From NCBI GenBank assembly GCA_963743915.1, contig CAVURN010000005.1:96001-160000 (forward strand): DNA of 64,000 nucleotides, given 5' to 3'. The notes under the pieces were generated by a model. That model did no database searches, was not told the origin of the DNA, and saw only the letters and a list, made by a program, of their open reading frames with translations. The DNA comes from an uncultured Actinomycetota bacterium (lineage in GTDB: Bacteria > Actinomycetota > Actinomycetes > JAHEKZ01). This document shows, piece after piece, positions 12,089-23,290 of this stretch. Both the position numbers and the translations under genes were made by a program. The first letter of the stretch is position 1; each line of letters opens with the position of its first letter.

Positions 12089-12110
12089 CTCACGACCTGG
12101 TGCGTCCTGA

Positions 12111-12977
12111 TCAGGACAGGACCGGAGCCTTCGTGTAGTCGGTCATCCACTGGGTCGTGATCGCCTCGAGGTCCCCGGACTCCTGCAGCGCCGCCAGCGC
12201 CTGGTTCGCACACGCGACGAGCGGGTTGTCCTTCTGGAGCACGAGCCCCCAGGTGTCGGCCGCCTCGTCCTGTGGCATCTGACCGACGACCACCCCTGGC
12301 ACCTCCACGGCGGAGAGGTAGAGGGTGGTCGGCAGGTCGGTCACCAGAGCGTCGATCTCGCCGTTCTTCAGGGCCTGCGTCGACGCGGTGGTGTCGTCGA
12401 AGACTGCGACGTTCTGTGTCGGGGCGATCTGGTTCTCGACCTGAGCCAGAGCCGTCGTCGCCACCTGGACACCGATCTTGGCGTCCTGGAACTCCGCCAG
12501 GGACGTGGCGTCGGCGAACGAGCTGTCCTTGAGGACCAGGATGGCGTTCGCGGCCTCGTAGTACGGGTCGCTGAAGGTCACAGCCTGCTCGCGCTCAGGG
12601 GTGATGGAGATCTGGTTGAGCGCGAAGTCGTAGTCCTTCTCGCCTGGCGCGAAGAGCTTGTTGAAGCCCGCGAACGTCCACTCGACCTGGTCGGCGGTGA
12701 AGCCCATCTCCTCGGCGACGGCGTAGGCCACTGCTGACTCGAAGCCCTTGCCGTTCGTCGGGTCGTTGTCGATCACGTACGGCGGGAAGGCGGGGTCGCT
12801 CGTGCCCACGGTGAGGGTGCCGTCCGCGACGGTGGTGATGTCGGCGCACGCGTCCTCGGTGCTGGGGGCTGCCGACGGGGTGCTGTCTTCCTGCGCGCAG
12901 GACGTCAGCGCGGCGACGGCGGCGATCGAGACGAGCGTGACAGCGACGGATCGGAAGGACGAGCGGGCGGTACGCAT
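12111..12977 (-). CDS. Amino acid ABC transporter substrate-binding lipoprotein (family 3)
   Basis: Lipobox LTSC, ISITPER, FSDPYY. Confidence 0.93.
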   Translation of the reverse strand: MRTARSSFRSVAVTLVSIAAVAALTSCAQEDSTPSAAPSTEDACADITTVADGTLTVGTSDPAFPPYVIDNDPTNGKGFESAVAYAVAEEMGFTADQVEWTFAGFNKLFAPGEKDYDFALNQISITPEREQAVTFSDPYYEAANAILVLKDSSFADATSLAEFQDAKIGVQVATTALAQVENQIAPTQNVAVFDDTTASTQALKNGEIDALVTDLPTTLYLSAVEVPGVVVGQMPQDEAADTWGLVLQKDNPLVACANQALAALQESGDLEAITTQWMTDYTKAPVLS

Positions 12978-13043
12978 GGGGCCTCCGGGGCTGGAGGGGC
13001 GGGGTGTCCCCCACCCGACACGCAGGTGAACGTCGGCCGAAGC

Positions 13044-14747
13044 CTACCGGCGCCCCACAGCCCAGGCGCGCAGGGTGTCGATCCTGCGCTGGAGGTCCTC
13101 GATCCCGGCCAACGGCACAGCGGGCCCGCCGCAGGCGGCCCGCAGCTCGGCATGGATCGTCCCGTGAGCGTCCCCGGTGCGGTGGTGCCAGGCGGCGATC
13201 AGCCCGTTGAGCTCACGACGCAGCTCCGTCGCTGACCGGTGGTCCACCGCCGGCGGGGAACGTCGAACCCGCGTCTTGGTCTGCCTCGCCTGGTGCTCCT
13301 TGAGCAGGACCGCCACCTGTTCGGGCTCGAGCAGACCGGGCAGCCCGAGATAGTCATGCTCTTCGGCCGACCCGGCCTCGGCCTGGTGGCCGAACTCGCC
13401 GCCGTCGAAGACCACCCGGTCGAAGTGCGCAGCCGACTCCAGCGCCTCGAAAGTGGACTCGGCCAGCTCCGCCTCGTTCTGCTCGGCTGCAGCCCTCGCC
13501 AGCAGATCGCGCTCGGCGGCGAACAGGTCGTCCTCGTCACGCACGACACGGCCGAGCACGTGGTCACGCTCGTCTTCCATCGTCGCGGCGTGCTGCAGCA
13601 GTGACGGGACGCTGGGCAGGAAGATCGATGCGGTCTCACCTCGACGTCGAGCGCGCACGAAACGGCCGACCGCCTGCGCGAAGAACAACGGTGTGGTGGT
13701 GGTCGTGGCGTAGACGCCGACGGCCAGTCGGGGGATGTCGACTCCCTCGGAGACCATCCGGACCGCTACCAGCCAACGCGCTGACGACGCCGCGAACTGC
13801 TCGATCAGCCGACTCGCCTTGGGGTCGTCGGACAGGACGGTGTCCACCTTCTCGCCGCAGATCGCGGTGAGGCGCCGTGCGTAGGCGCGGGCGTGCTCGT
13901 GGTCGGTGGCGATGACGAGACCCCCGGCGTCCGGCATCCCGCGTCGCACCTCGGTGAGCCGACGATCAGCTGCCGCCAGCACCGATCCCACCCACTCCCC
14001 CTTCGGGTCGAGCGCGGTCCGGAGCGCCTGCGCGGTCGCTTCCGTGCCGAGGTCCTCTCCGAGCCGGGCCGCCACCTCGTCCCCTGCTCGGGTGCGCCAT
14101 CGCATCTCACCGGAGTAGGCCAGGAAGAGCACCGGGCGGACGACACCGTCACCCAGCGCGTCGGCGTAGCCGTAGGCGTGGTCGGACGCGCTCCGCGGCA
14201 GCCCCTCGCCATCGGTCTCGTAGCGCACGAAGGGGATGGCGTTGACGTCGGAGCGGAACGGCGTGCCGGTGAGGGCCAGTCGGTGAGCGGCCGGCTCGAA
14301 GGCCTCAGCGATGGCGTCCCCCCAGGAGAGGGCATCGCCCGCATGGTGGATCTCGTCGAGGATCACGAGGGACTTGCGGTTCTGCGTGCGGGCGCGGTGC
14401 AACATCGGGTGCGCCGCCACCTGGGCATACGTGACGACCACTCCGTCGAACCCTTGCGCAGTGGCTCCCTGCGCGTTGGTGAAGCGAGGGTCGAGTCGGA
14501 CGCCGACCGCTGCGGCCGCGGCCGCCCACTGGGACTTCAGGTGCTCGGTGGGAGCGACCACCGTGAGCGTCTGCACCCTGCGCTCGTCGAGCAGCCGGGA
14601 CGCGACCTGCAGCGCAAACGTCGTCTTGCCGGCACCGGGTGTGGCCACGGCGAGGAAGTCGCGTGGCCGGTCGACGAGCCAACGCTCGAGGGCAGCGCGC
14701 TGCCAGGTGCGCAGGCCCGGGCGGCGGGCGGAGGAGGGTGTGGTCAC
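13044..14747 (-). CDS. DEAD/DEAH-box SF2 helicase (actinobacterial conserved type)
   Basis: ATPGAGKT, DEIHH, LTGTP, MVSEGVDIP, QAVGRFVR. Confidence 0.92.
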   Translation of the reverse strand: MTTPSSARRPGLRTWQRAALERWLVDRPRDFLAVATPGAGKTTFALQVASRLLDERRVQTLTVVAPTEHLKSQWAAAAAAVGVRLDPRFTNAQGATAQGFDGVVVTYAQVAAHPMLHRARTQNRKSLVILDEIHHAGDALSWGDAIAEAFEPAAHRLALTGTPFRSDVNAIPFVRYETDGEGLPRSASDHAYGYADALGDGVVRPVLFLAYSGEMRWRTRAGDEVAARLGEDLGTEATAQALRTALDPKGEWVGSVLAAADRRLTEVRRGMPDAGGLVIATDHEHARAYARRLTAICGEKVDTVLSDDPKASRLIEQFAASSARWLVAVRMVSEGVDIPRLAVGVYATTTTTPLFFAQAVGRFVRARRRGETASIFLPSVPSLLQHAATMEDERDHVLGRVVRDEDDLFAAERDLLARAAAEQNEAELAESTFEALESAAHFDRVVFDGGEFGHQAEAGSAEEHDYLGLPGLLEPEQVAVLLKEHQARQTKTRVRRSPPAVDHRSATELRRELNGLIAAWHHRTGDAHGTIHAELRAACGGPAVPLAGIEDLQRRIDTLRAWAVGRR

Positions 14748-14807
14748 GGGGGCCCGAGCCTAGGCACCTGCGCCGACCGGACTGGCGAACCCGGGAGGAT
14801 CGGCGTG

Positions 14808-16204
14808 TCAGCGGCTGGGCGCGACCCGGGGCGCCACTGCGGTGGCGAACACCGCGATCGCCGTCATCACCAGGAAGATCGTGAGGTAGACGCCGCCGTC
14901 CTGCCCAGGGCGCACGTGTCCCGTCGCGAAGATCACCCCGCCCAGCCCGGTGAGCAGGATGACGCCGAGCGAGTCGGCGATCTGCAGGGCCGCGGAGTTG
15001 ACGCCCTGCTCGTCAGGTGGCGAGAGCTGGAGGACCAGGACACCGAGGGAGCCGTAGAGCATTCCCATGCCGAACGAACCCAGGGCCCAGGTGACCACGA
15101 TGATCGTCCACGGCACGACGTCGATGGCGATGGGCGTCGTCAGCGCCAGACCCGCCGCGGTGAAGGCACCACCGATGACGACGAGGCGGTCGCGCGGGAT
15201 GGTCAGCGTCGGGCGTCCCTGAAGCCAGCTGCCCAAGAACCAGCCGACGGCAGCACCGGACAGCGAACCACCAGCAAGGATGGACGACAGTCCGCGTTCG
15301 TTGACGAGCATGAGCGGGATGAACCATTCCGCACCGAAGAAGGCGCCCGCGTAGAAACCTCGCACCATGACGACAGTGGGCAGCCCCCGTCTCAGCTTCA
15401 GGGCTCCGACCGGCAGAAGCTGAGGGACGCTGAAGGCCAGCAGCGCGATCGCGAGCACCGCCAGACCTGCCGCAACGGCGTCGAGGCGCTGGCCCGCCAC
15501 CTGCAGCAGCACGACCCCCACCGACGCCATCAGCGCCAGCCGCTTTCGCCCGGGTCGCGGCGTCGCGTCCGGGTCTGGTTCGACGTGCATCGCCCTCAGC
15601 CGAGGCAGCAGGACGGCCCCGACGGGCAGCAAGAGAATGAGGATGCCGAAGAACACCCACCGCCACCCGAAGGCATCGGTGATCGCGCCGGCGACCAGCG
15701 GTCCGGCGATTCCGGGGACCACCCAGGCACCCGAGAGCGCGGTGAACACGCGGGGGCGCAGGTGCTCCGGGTACGCGCGCCCGATGACGACGTACAGGGC
15801 GACGATGACGGCGCCGAAGCCCAGCCCCTGCAGCGCTCGCCCGGCGAGCATCACCGCCATCGACGGGGCGAACCCGCAGACCAGGGTCCCGAGGACGAAC
15901 GTCCCGAGCCCGGTGGCGAGGGGCGGAACCGGACCGCGCCGGTCGGCCCAGCCCCCTGCCGCCGCCATGGCGTACAGGCTCGCGGCGGTGACCGCAGTGG
16001 CACCCCAGGCGTAGAGCGAGAGGCCATCGAGTTCACGGGCCGCCGTGGGCATCGCGGTGATGACCCCCATGGCCTCGAAGGCCACGATCGTCATGATCGA
16101 CACCACGCCGATCGTGAGGATCCGGTACTCGGGCCCGAAGATGCTCCCCGGATCTCGGCTCGCCCGCCGCGTCGACAGCGGAGGGGTCGGGGGCGGACGG
16201 TCAC
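14808..16204 (-). CDS. MFS transporter (5' end uncertain, probably frameshifted)
   Basis: GGWADRRGP motif A, GRALQGLG, WRWVF; many TM segments. Confidence 0.88.
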
Positions 16205-16343
16205 GCTCCAGCCTAGGAGGTGCGCGTGCAGGTCACTCGCCCTCCGGGGGTCACCCTCCAGCGCGGAAGGTCGTCCACTGGTCGGGCATGCGACATCCGC
16301 GCGGCAGGTTCGGGCGACTTTGGCTAGTTCGCGCGTGCCGGCG

Positions 16344-16633
16344 TCAGCCCTGCTCGCCGGAGTCTCCACGCCCGGCAGCGAGTTGTAGATCTCCTGGCAC
16401 TCCGGGCAGACGGGGAACTTCTGGGGGTCCCGGTTCGGCACCCACACCTTGCCGCACAGCGCGATCACCGGCGCCCCCGTCACGGCGCTCTCCATGATCT
16501 TGTCCTTCTGCACGTAGTGCGCGAAGCGCTCATGGTCACCGGGCTCGACGGGCGCCGGTTCGACGCGCTCCTCGAGGATGGTGCCGGTGCTGCCGGGGTC
16601 GGACTGCGGCTGGCCGAGCGGTTCGGTGGTCAC
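16344..16633 (-). CDS. DUF3039 domain protein
   Basis: HERFAHYV...ALCGKVWVP...CPECQEIY; natural stop probably TGA at 16344 after an indel. Confidence 0.85.
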
Positions 16634-16649
16634 GATGCCTCCTGGGCGA

Positions 16650-17241
16650 TCAGTTCAGGGAGGGGTCCTCGGGGAACGTCGCCACCACGGCCAGTGCCGG
16701 TGGCTGTCGACGGAGCACACGCTCCCACAGCCGCTCGGGGTCGGTGGCGGTGAGGTCTGCGGGGAGCGCGTCCACGACGAACCAGGCTCCTTCGTCGATC
16801 TCGTCCTCGAGCTGGTCCGACCCCCACCCCGCGTAGCCGGCGAAGACCCGCATCGCGCTGATCTCCCCCGCGATGACCTCCGCGGGTGCGTCGAGGTCGA
16901 CCAGGCCGATGGACCCGTGCACGTGGCGGAACCCCAGAGGCTCGTCCTCCTCACCGCTCCCGGACGTGCGCGCGGCGAGCGCCAGAGCGCTGTCGCGACC
17001 GACCGGGCCCTCCTTGGAAGACCACCGACGGCGGGGAGGCGTACAGGTGCCAGTCAGGGAGGATCGCACTGACGTCGGTGGTGGAAGGCCGGTTGAGGAT
17101 CACGCCGAGCGCGCCACCCTCGTCGTGGTCGACGAGCAGCACCACGGTGCGGGAGAAGTTGGGATCACCGAGCTCGGGAGACGCCACGAGCAGGCGACCG
17201 GTCAAGGTGATCTCGGTGCCCTCGACGCTGGACTCGTCCAT
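16650..17241 (-). CDS. YqgE/AlgH family protein (frameshift near 17010)
   Basis: GRLLVA...DPNFSRTVV...GVILNRP...FQGGP / FAGYAGWGSDQLEDEI...PSLN. Confidence 0.9.
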
Positions 17242-17311
17242 GACTCCATCTTGCCTACTCGCACGGACTCACGCACCCACCGCGAGGGTCGGGCGCATCG
17301 AGCCAGCGGTG

Positions 17312-17698
17312 TCAGCCCAGCGAGGCAATGGCGGTGCCGAGCCGCTCGGCGGCTTCGTCGGCGACCTCTTTGAGCGCCGGGTCGTCAGCGACGCTCATCA
17401 TGGCGGCCGGGTCGATCGCCTCGACGACGACGGCACCAGCCTCTTCCCGCACGACGACGTTGCAGGGGAGCAGGACGCCGACGATCGGCTGGGCCGTGAT
17501 GGCCTTGTGGGCGAGCGGGGGGTTGCAGGCGCCGAGGATCAGGTAGGCGCCCATGTCGGCGTCGAGCTTGGCCTTCATGGTCGCCTGCACGTCGATCTCG
17601 GTGAGGACCCCGAAACCCTGCTCGGCCAGAGCATCGCGGGTGCGGGTGACGGCGTCGGCGAAGGGTAGGTCGACGGTGGTGCGCAGCGAGATGGTCAT
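17312..17698 (-). CDS. DUF302 domain protein
   Basis: GFGVLTEID...YLILGACNP...LLPCNVVV. Confidence 0.9.
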   Translation of the reverse strand: MTISLRTTVDLPFADAVTRTRDALAEQGFGVLTEIDVQATMKAKLDADMGAYLILGACNPPLAHKAITAQPIVGVLLPCNVVVREEAGAVVVEAIDPAAMMSVADDPALKEVADEAAERLGTAIASLG

Positions 17699-17707
17699 GG
17701 TGGAATA

Positions 17708-17723
17708 ATACCCCAGGGGGTAT
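17708..17723. promoter_or_regulatory. CsoR/RicR-family operator ATACCCC-AG-GGGGTAT
   Basis: Perfect C-tract/G-tract palindrome between divergent DUF302 and thioredoxin genes. Confidence 0.75.
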
Positions 17724-17763
17724 GGTTGAGGAGAGCGACCCCCCGAGACACCGAGGAGACCCC

Positions 17764-18168
17764 GTGGCCACCGTCACGCTGACCAAGGACAACTTCGCTG
17801 AGACCATCAGCGGCAACGACATCGTCTTCATCGACTTCTGGGCGGCCTGGTGCGGCCCGTGCCGTGCCTTCGCCCCGGTCTTCGAGACGGCCAGCGAGAC
17901 CCACGCGGACGTGGTCTTCGCCAAGGTGGACACCGAGGACCAGCGTGAGCTCGCCGGCATGTTCGGCATCACCTCGATCCCGACCCTGGTCGCCTTCCGC
18001 GAGAAGGTCCTCGTCTTCGGCGAGGCCGGCGCGCTGCCCGCACCCGAGCTCGAGAAGCTGATCGGCGCGGTCAAGGAGCTCGACATGGTCGAGGTCCACA
18101 AGCAGGTCGCCCAGCAGCAGGCCGAGCAGTCGGCTGAGCAGCTGGAGAAGACCGACACCCCCGCCTAG
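17764..18168 (+). CDS. Thioredoxin
   Basis: DFWAAWCGPC, FAKVDT, SIPT; GAGGAG RBS. Confidence 0.93.
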   Translation: MATVTLTKDNFAETISGNDIVFIDFWAAWCGPCRAFAPVFETASETHADVVFAKVDTEDQRELAGMFGITSIPTLVAFREKVLVFGEAGALPAPELEKLIGAVKELDMVEVHKQVAQQQAEQSAEQLEKTDTPA

Positions 18169-18237
18169 GCCCCGGGTAAGACCCGCGGGAACTCCCTCGA
18201 CGTGGCACGGTAGGTCCGTCCGCCCGAGGGAGGCCCC

Positions 18238-19464
18238 GTGTTCCGAGTCGAGTCCGAGGTCGGCCAGCTGCGCCAGGTGATCGTCCACCGCCCTGGCCTA
18301 GAGCTGGCGCGCCTGACCCCGAGCAACGTCCATGACCTGCTCTTCGACGACGTGCTCTGGGCCGAGCGGGCCATCGAGGAGCATGACGCCTTCACCGACG
18401 CGCTTCGCAGCCGCGGCGTCCAGGTGCACTACTTCAACCAGCTGCTCGGCGAGGCGCTCGAGCAGCCGGCCGCCCGCCAGTTCCTGCTCGAGCGGGTGGT
18501 GCACGAGGAGACCGTCGGCCCGATGCTCGTCAACCCCCTGCGGCAGCTCATCGACGCCACCGAGCCGCAGGAGCTCGCCGACTTCATGATCGGCGGGATC
18601 CTGAAGAAGGACCTGCCGGCCCCTGAGTGGCCGAGCCTGCTGTGGCGGCTGCTCGACGACGAGGACTTCGTCCTGACTCCCCTGCCGAACCATCTCTTCC
18701 AGCGCGACAACTCGGCGTGGGTCTACAGCGGCGTGTCGGTGAACCCGATGGCGAAACCTGCCCGACAGCGTGAGGCGATCCACTCTCGCCTGATCTACCG
18801 GTTCCACCCGATGTTCGCCGAGCAGGCGGATCGGTTCACCGTCTACTACGGGGACGACGACGAGGTCCACGACCCTGCCACGTGCGAGGGCGGCGACATC
18901 TTGGTCATCGGCCGCGGCACCGTGATGCTCGGGCTCGGTGAGCGGACCACCCCACAAGGCGCCGAGATGCTCGCCCGCAGCTACTTCCGCAACAGCGGCG
19001 GCGACGTACGGCGGGTCATCGCCGTGGAGCTGCCCAAGGCGCGCGCGTTCATGCACCTCGACACGGCGATGACCATGCTCGACGCCGACACGTTCATCAC
19101 CTACCCCTACCTGCCGGCGGAGCTGCGCAGCTACACGATCACCCCCGGTGACAACGGCGAGCTGGCCATCGTCGAGAACGGCGACCTGTGGACCGCGGTG
19201 GCAGACGCCCTCGGCATCGACAAGGTGCGCGTGCTGTCGGTGACTCAGGACATCCGAGCCGCCGAGCGCGAGCAGTGGGACGACGGCAACAACTTCCTGG
19301 CGATCTCCCCGGGCGTCGTCGTCGGCTACGAGCGCAACACCACGACCAACCGGTACCTGCAGGAGCACGGGATCGAGGTCGTCGCTGCCGCCGGCAGCGA
19401 GCTCGGCCGGGGACGGGGTGGCCCCCGCTGCATGACGTGCCCCATCCAGCGGGACCCCGCCTGA
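18238..19464 (+). CDS. arcA: Arginine deiminase
   Basis: [43 protein letters not shown]. Confidence 0.95.
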   Translation: MFRVESEVGQLRQVIVHRPGLELARLTPSNVHDLLFDDVLWAERAIEEHDAFTDALRSRGVQVHYFNQLLGEALEQPAARQFLLERVVHEETVGPMLVNPLRQLIDATEPQELADFMIGGILKKDLPAPEWPSLLWRLLDDEDFVLTPLPNHLFQRDNSAWVYSGVSVNPMAKPARQREAIHSRLIYRFHPMFAEQADRFTVYYGDDDEVHDPATCEGGDILVIGRGTVMLGLGERTTPQGAEMLARSYFRNSGGDVRRVIAVELPKARAFMHLDTAMTMLDADTFITYPYLPAELRSYTITPGDNGELAIVENGDLWTAVADALGIDKVRVLSVTQDIRAAEREQWDDGNNFLAISPGVVVGYERNTTTNRYLQEHGIEVVAAAGSELGRGRGGPRCMTCPIQRDPA

Positions 19465-19506
19465 CGTGCGCCCGCCAGCTCTGAACGGTTGCCCGCGTCA
19501 CGCACC

Positions 19507-20376
19507 TCAATGCCCATCGGGCACCCCCATCTGGGGAGGCGAGCCGGGGGGGGCCAGATCGGCGCCTTCGGCCTCTCGAGTCTTGGCGACAGAGATGAGT
19601 ACCGGTGATGCGAGACCTGACTTGGCCGCGCAGTCGGCTAGCGTCTGCGCAAGCCACCCGATTGAATCTGGCTCCCATTCAATGAGGTCGCCGACCAACG
19701 TCTCGGTACTGGTCGCTGGCCCCCCCCACAAACTCTCACCGCAAGGTGGTTCTTGGTTCTCTCCGTTTGCCCATGACCTGACGGCGTTCAAGAAGACGTG
19801 GGTGTCAAGCTCCGAGAAATGGCCAAGGGTGGACTCGAGCACACCCTTGGACGCACGTTGACCAACCGTGAGAGACACCTCCACGTTGACCCGGGCCGCA
19901 GGATCGGAATCCCCGAACCAGCGATAGGTCCGCATCGAGGCAATCGGCATTCCGGATCGCCCCCCAAGACGTTGTGTCGGGAGCAGTAGGAGCACTCGGT
20001 CAAGGTGGAGTCTGCCGAACCGCTGGACGACATCCGTCGCACAGTGGAGAAATGGCTGGACAGGCAGGGGATCTGTCGGCGCGACTGGGCTTGTTTCAAC
20101 TTGAAACCAGGCCAGGGGCGAATCCTCGTGCCGACCCTCAAGAAGGTGGGCACTGCCCGCGTCGTTCATCCCCCAAAGGCCAAGATCCTGGCCGACCCAA
20201 CCCATTCCTTCTGAGCGAACCACAAAAAGGGAGAAGGGGTCTTGGTCGGGATGGACTCTGGGCCATGAATGCGAGGCAATGCGTCCGTAGAGCGCCACGA
20301 ACATAGTTCCGGGTTCAGACGAACCGGGCGCCACGGCTGGTCTGACGTCGCGCAACTCTTCGCGGAGTTGATCCAC
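19507..20376 (-). CDS. Hypothetical cytoplasmic protein with atypical composition
   Basis: 289-aa ORF beginning 12 bp after the upstream secreted-protein gene; no recognised domain. Confidence 0.65.
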   Translation of the reverse strand: MDQLREELRDVRPAVAPGSSEPGTMFVALYGRIASHSWPRVHPDQDPFSLFVVRSEGMGWVGQDLGLWGMNDAGSAHLLEGRHEDSPLAWFQVETSPVAPTDPLPVQPFLHCATDVVQRFGRLHLDRVLLLLPTQRLGGRSGMPIASMRTYRWFGDSDPAARVNVEVSLTVGQRASKGVLESTLGHFSELDTHVFLNAVRSWANGENQEPPCGESLWGGPATSTETLVGDLIEWEPDSIGWLAQTLADCAAKSGLASPVLISVAKTREAEGADLAPPGSPPQMGVPDGH

Positions 20377-20388
20377 CGGCTGGGGAAC

Positions 20389-21023
20389 CTAGAAGACTTG
20401 ACAGTTGATGGTCGCTTGCCTCATCGGGTTCTCACCAGTGTCCCACTCGCCAACCACGTCAACGTCTACGTGGTTACGCCACGTGGCAAGGTGGAAGTTG
20501 GCGCACACTCTGCGAGCGTTCGTGCGATTACCAGCTCCACCACCGGGGCTGAGACGCTCGGTTGACGAACAATCCTTCTGGTACCAGAAGCCGTCGTCGT
20601 AGTACTCGTATATGCAGTTGTATACGTCGGCGAGACTCCCACTGCAGTCACCGCGGTCCCACCATCCGTGGCCAGAGACGTCAGTACCGTTCTTGGAGAT
20701 ATGGGGATAATCACGGCCACTGAACGGCGTGCAGGCCCCGAGAGCCAGCGTCACGGCGCCACTCTCCGGTGAGGTGCCCAGGATGTTGGGGTTGTCGATC
20801 GGCATCCCGAATTCATCCTCGGGAAGCACTTGCCCAGCTTGGTCAATGTAGACGGCCGGTTCAGTGAGGCCAGGTGCTTCATCACTCGGGGCAGGGGCCG
20901 TGGTGGCCGTAGTGGCGGCGTGGGCAGGCGACGTCCTGTTATTGCCGCTGCTGCGTAGATGGGCTGCGCGGCCGCCATCACGAGAACGACGGCGACGATC
21001 ACGACGACCCGGTTAAGCCCCAT
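20389..21023 (-). CDS. Secreted Cys-rich hypothetical protein (one indel near 20935)
   Basis: AGGAG RBS, hydrophobic signal MGLNRVVVIVAVVLVMAAA, then in the adjacent frame SPAHA, a T/P/acidic linker and a 6-Cys C-terminal domain. Confidence 0.7.
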
Positions 21024-21312
21024 GTCAAGTCTCCTCTCCGACAACTTCATCGGAGCGGGGATCGTGGCACTCCGGGAACTCCGCCCTGATGCCTCGATCG
21101 TACTCGAAGGTCCGAGTGTTCGTAGCTTGGCGCCACACCCGCAATACCTAGCCAAATGGCCCACACACACGGCCGGGAGAATGCCGCGGACCGCGTCTCC
21201 CGGACGATCAGTCGGCCCACCTCAGGTGTGTCCACACGATGGACAACCTCCGCGCATCGTGCGCCAACAATGCTTGTCTCCTTGGCAGTCTGGCGCAGAA
21301 TCCGGTGGTCGG

Positions 21313-23136
21313 TCAGGCCTGCTGGGCGGCCTCCAGCCGCTCACGCAGTGCAGCGAGCTGGGTGTTCAGCTCGGCGGGGACGTGGTCGCCGAACTTGGTG
21401 AAGTACTGCTCGGTGAGCTCGGCCTCGTCGATCCAGGTCTTGGGCTCGACGGCGAACAGCTCGGCCGTCTGCTCCGCCGACAGGTCGAGCCCGTCGAGGT
21501 TCATCGAGCCGGGGGCCGGCAGCTTGCCGATCGGGGTCTCGACCGCCTCCGCGTCACCGTCCAGACGTCGGATGATCCAGTCGAGCACGCGGCTGTTCTC
21601 ACCGAATCCGGGCCAGAGGAACTTGCCTGCGGCGTCCTTGCGGAACCAGTTGACCTGGTAGATCCGCGGCAGCTTGTCGGCATCGGTGGACTTGCCCACC
21701 CTCAGCCAGTGGCCCCAGTAGTCGGCCATGTTGTAGCCGCAGAACGGCAGCATGGCGAACGGGTCGCGGCGCAGCTCGCCGACCGTGCCCTCGGCGGCGG
21801 CGGTCTGCTCGCTCGAGACCGTCGAGGCGAGGAAGACGCCGTGCTCCCAGTCGAATGACTCGTTCACCAGCGGCACGTTGGTGGCGCGGCGTCCGCCGAA
21901 CAGGATCGCGTCGATCGGGACGCCCTTGGGGTCTTCCCAGCTGTCGGCGATGGACGGACACTGCGCCGCCGGAGCCGTGAACCGGCTGTTCGGGTGGGAC
22001 GAGGGCTCTTCGGACCCCGGCGTCCAGTCGCGGCCCTTCCAGTCGATCAGGTGCGCAGGCGCCTCGTCGGTGAGGCCCTCCCACCACACGTCGCCGTCGT
22101 CGGTGAGGGCGACGTTGGTGAAGATGCTGTTGCCCCAGAGCGTGTCGATCGCGTTCTGGTTGGTCGATGCACCCGTGCCTGGGGCGACGCCGAAGAATCC
22201 CGCCTCGGGGTTGATGGCGTACAGGCGGCCGTCGTCGCCGAACCGCATCCAGGCGATGTCGTCGCCGACCGTCTCGACCGTCCATCCGGGGATGGTCGGC
22301 TGCAGCATGGCGAGGTTGGTCTTGCCGCAGGCACTGGGGAACGCTGCCGTGACGTGGTGCGTCGTGCCCTTCGGGGACGTCAGCTTGAGCACCAGCATGT
22401 GCTCGGCCAGCCAGCCCTCGTCCCGCGCCATGACGGACGCGATGCGGAGCGCGAAGCACTTCTTGCCCAGCAGCGCGTTGCCTCCGTACCCCGAGCCGTA
22501 CGACCAGATCTCGCGGGTCTCAGGGAAGTGCACGATGTACTTGGTGTCGCTGCACGGCCAGGCGACGTCCTGCTCCCCCGCGGCCAGAGGGGCGCCGACC
22601 GTGTGCACCGCGGGTACGAAGTCGCCGTGCTCGCCGATCAGGTCGAGGGCGGCCTTGCCCATGCGCGTCATGATCCGCATGTTGGTCACGACGTACGCAG
22701 AGTCCGTGATCTCGACGCCGAGCTGAGAGATGGTGCCGCCGAGCGGTCCCATGCTGAAGGGCACCACGTACATGGTGCGGCCCTTCATCGAGCCGTCGAA
22801 GAGCGGGCGGAGGGTTTCCCGCATCTCGTCCGGCGCCATCCAGTTGTTGGTGGGGCCGGCGTCCTCTTCCCGCTCGGAGCAGATGTAGGTGCGGTCCTCG
22901 ACCCGGGCGACGTCCTTGGGGTTGGACCGTGCGAGGAAGCTGTTCGGGCGCTTGTCCTCGTTCAGCTTGATGAACGTGCCGGCCTCGACGAGCTCGGCGG
23001 TCAGCCGGTCCCACTCCTCCTGGGAGCCGTCCGACCACTCCACGCGGTCCGGCTTCGTCAGCGTGGCGATCTCCTCGACCCAGGCCAGCAGCTTGGCGTT
23101 CTTGGTGGGCGCGTCGGCAAGACCGGGAATCGTCAT
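21313..23136 (-). CDS. pckG: Phosphoenolpyruvate carboxykinase (GTP)
   Basis: [49 protein letters not shown]. Confidence 0.97.
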   Translation of the reverse strand: MTIPGLADAPTKNAKLLAWVEEIATLTKPDRVEWSDGSQEEWDRLTAELVEAGTFIKLNEDKRPNSFLARSNPKDVARVEDRTYICSEREEDAGPTNNWMAPDEMRETLRPLFDGSMKGRTMYVVPFSMGPLGGTISQLGVEITDSAYVVTNMRIMTRMGKAALDLIGEHGDFVPAVHTVGAPLAAGEQDVAWPCSDTKYIVHFPETREIWSYGSGYGGNALLGKKCFALRIASVMARDEGWLAEHMLVLKLTSPKGTTHHVTAAFPSACGKTNLAMLQPTIPGWTVETVGDDIAWMRFGDDGRLYAINPEAGFFGVAPGTGASTNQNAIDTLWGNSIFTNVALTDDGDVWWEGLTDEAPAHLIDWKGRDWTPGSEEPSSHPNSRFTAPAAQCPSIADSWEDPKGVPIDAILFGGRRATNVPLVNESFDWEHGVFLASTVSSEQTAAAEGTVGELRRDPFAMLPFCGYNMADYWGHWLRVGKSTDADKLPRIYQVNWFRKDAAGKFLWPGFGENSRVLDWIIRRLDGDAEAVETPIGKLPAPGSMNLDGLDLSAEQTAELFAVEPKTWIDEAELTEQYFTKFGDHVPAELNTQLAALRERLEAAQQA

Positions 23137-23241
23137 CGGAACCCCTCCAGGGCGTACTCATCAGGACGTGCCCTCAGGGTGCCCTACGAACGCCAATTCC
23201 TCCATGTCGATGGCTGGAAAACCCCCGGTTACCTGCGGGTT

Positions 23242-23290
23242 TGTGAGCAACTCCACATGATGGAACATCAGATCGGTGACCTGGATCACC
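23242..23290. promoter_or_regulatory. Two CRP/GlxR-like sites upstream of pckG
   Basis: TGTGA-N6-CCACA (23242-23257) and GGTGA-N6-TCACC (23275-23290), compared with consensus TGTGA-N6-TCACA. Confidence 0.55.

Noticed and set aside
13044-14747. SF2 helicase as an anti-phage defence gene
   Set aside because: Matches a conserved actinobacterial helicase in a housekeeping context (DUF3039, YqgE) with no nuclease or methylase partner
13893-16388. Long antisense ORFs (831 aa here; also 21994-23322, 34823-36484, 60540-62345)
   Set aside because: Shadow ORFs expected opposite real genes in high-GC DNA; no protein motifs
16091-16633. Apparent C-terminally extended DUF3039 overlapping the MFS gene
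   Set aside because: A single indel near 16370 restores a short tail ending at TGA 16344
18238-19464. arcA without arcB, arcC or arcD
   Set aside because: Standalone arcA is common in actinobacteria, and the partner genes may lie elsewhere
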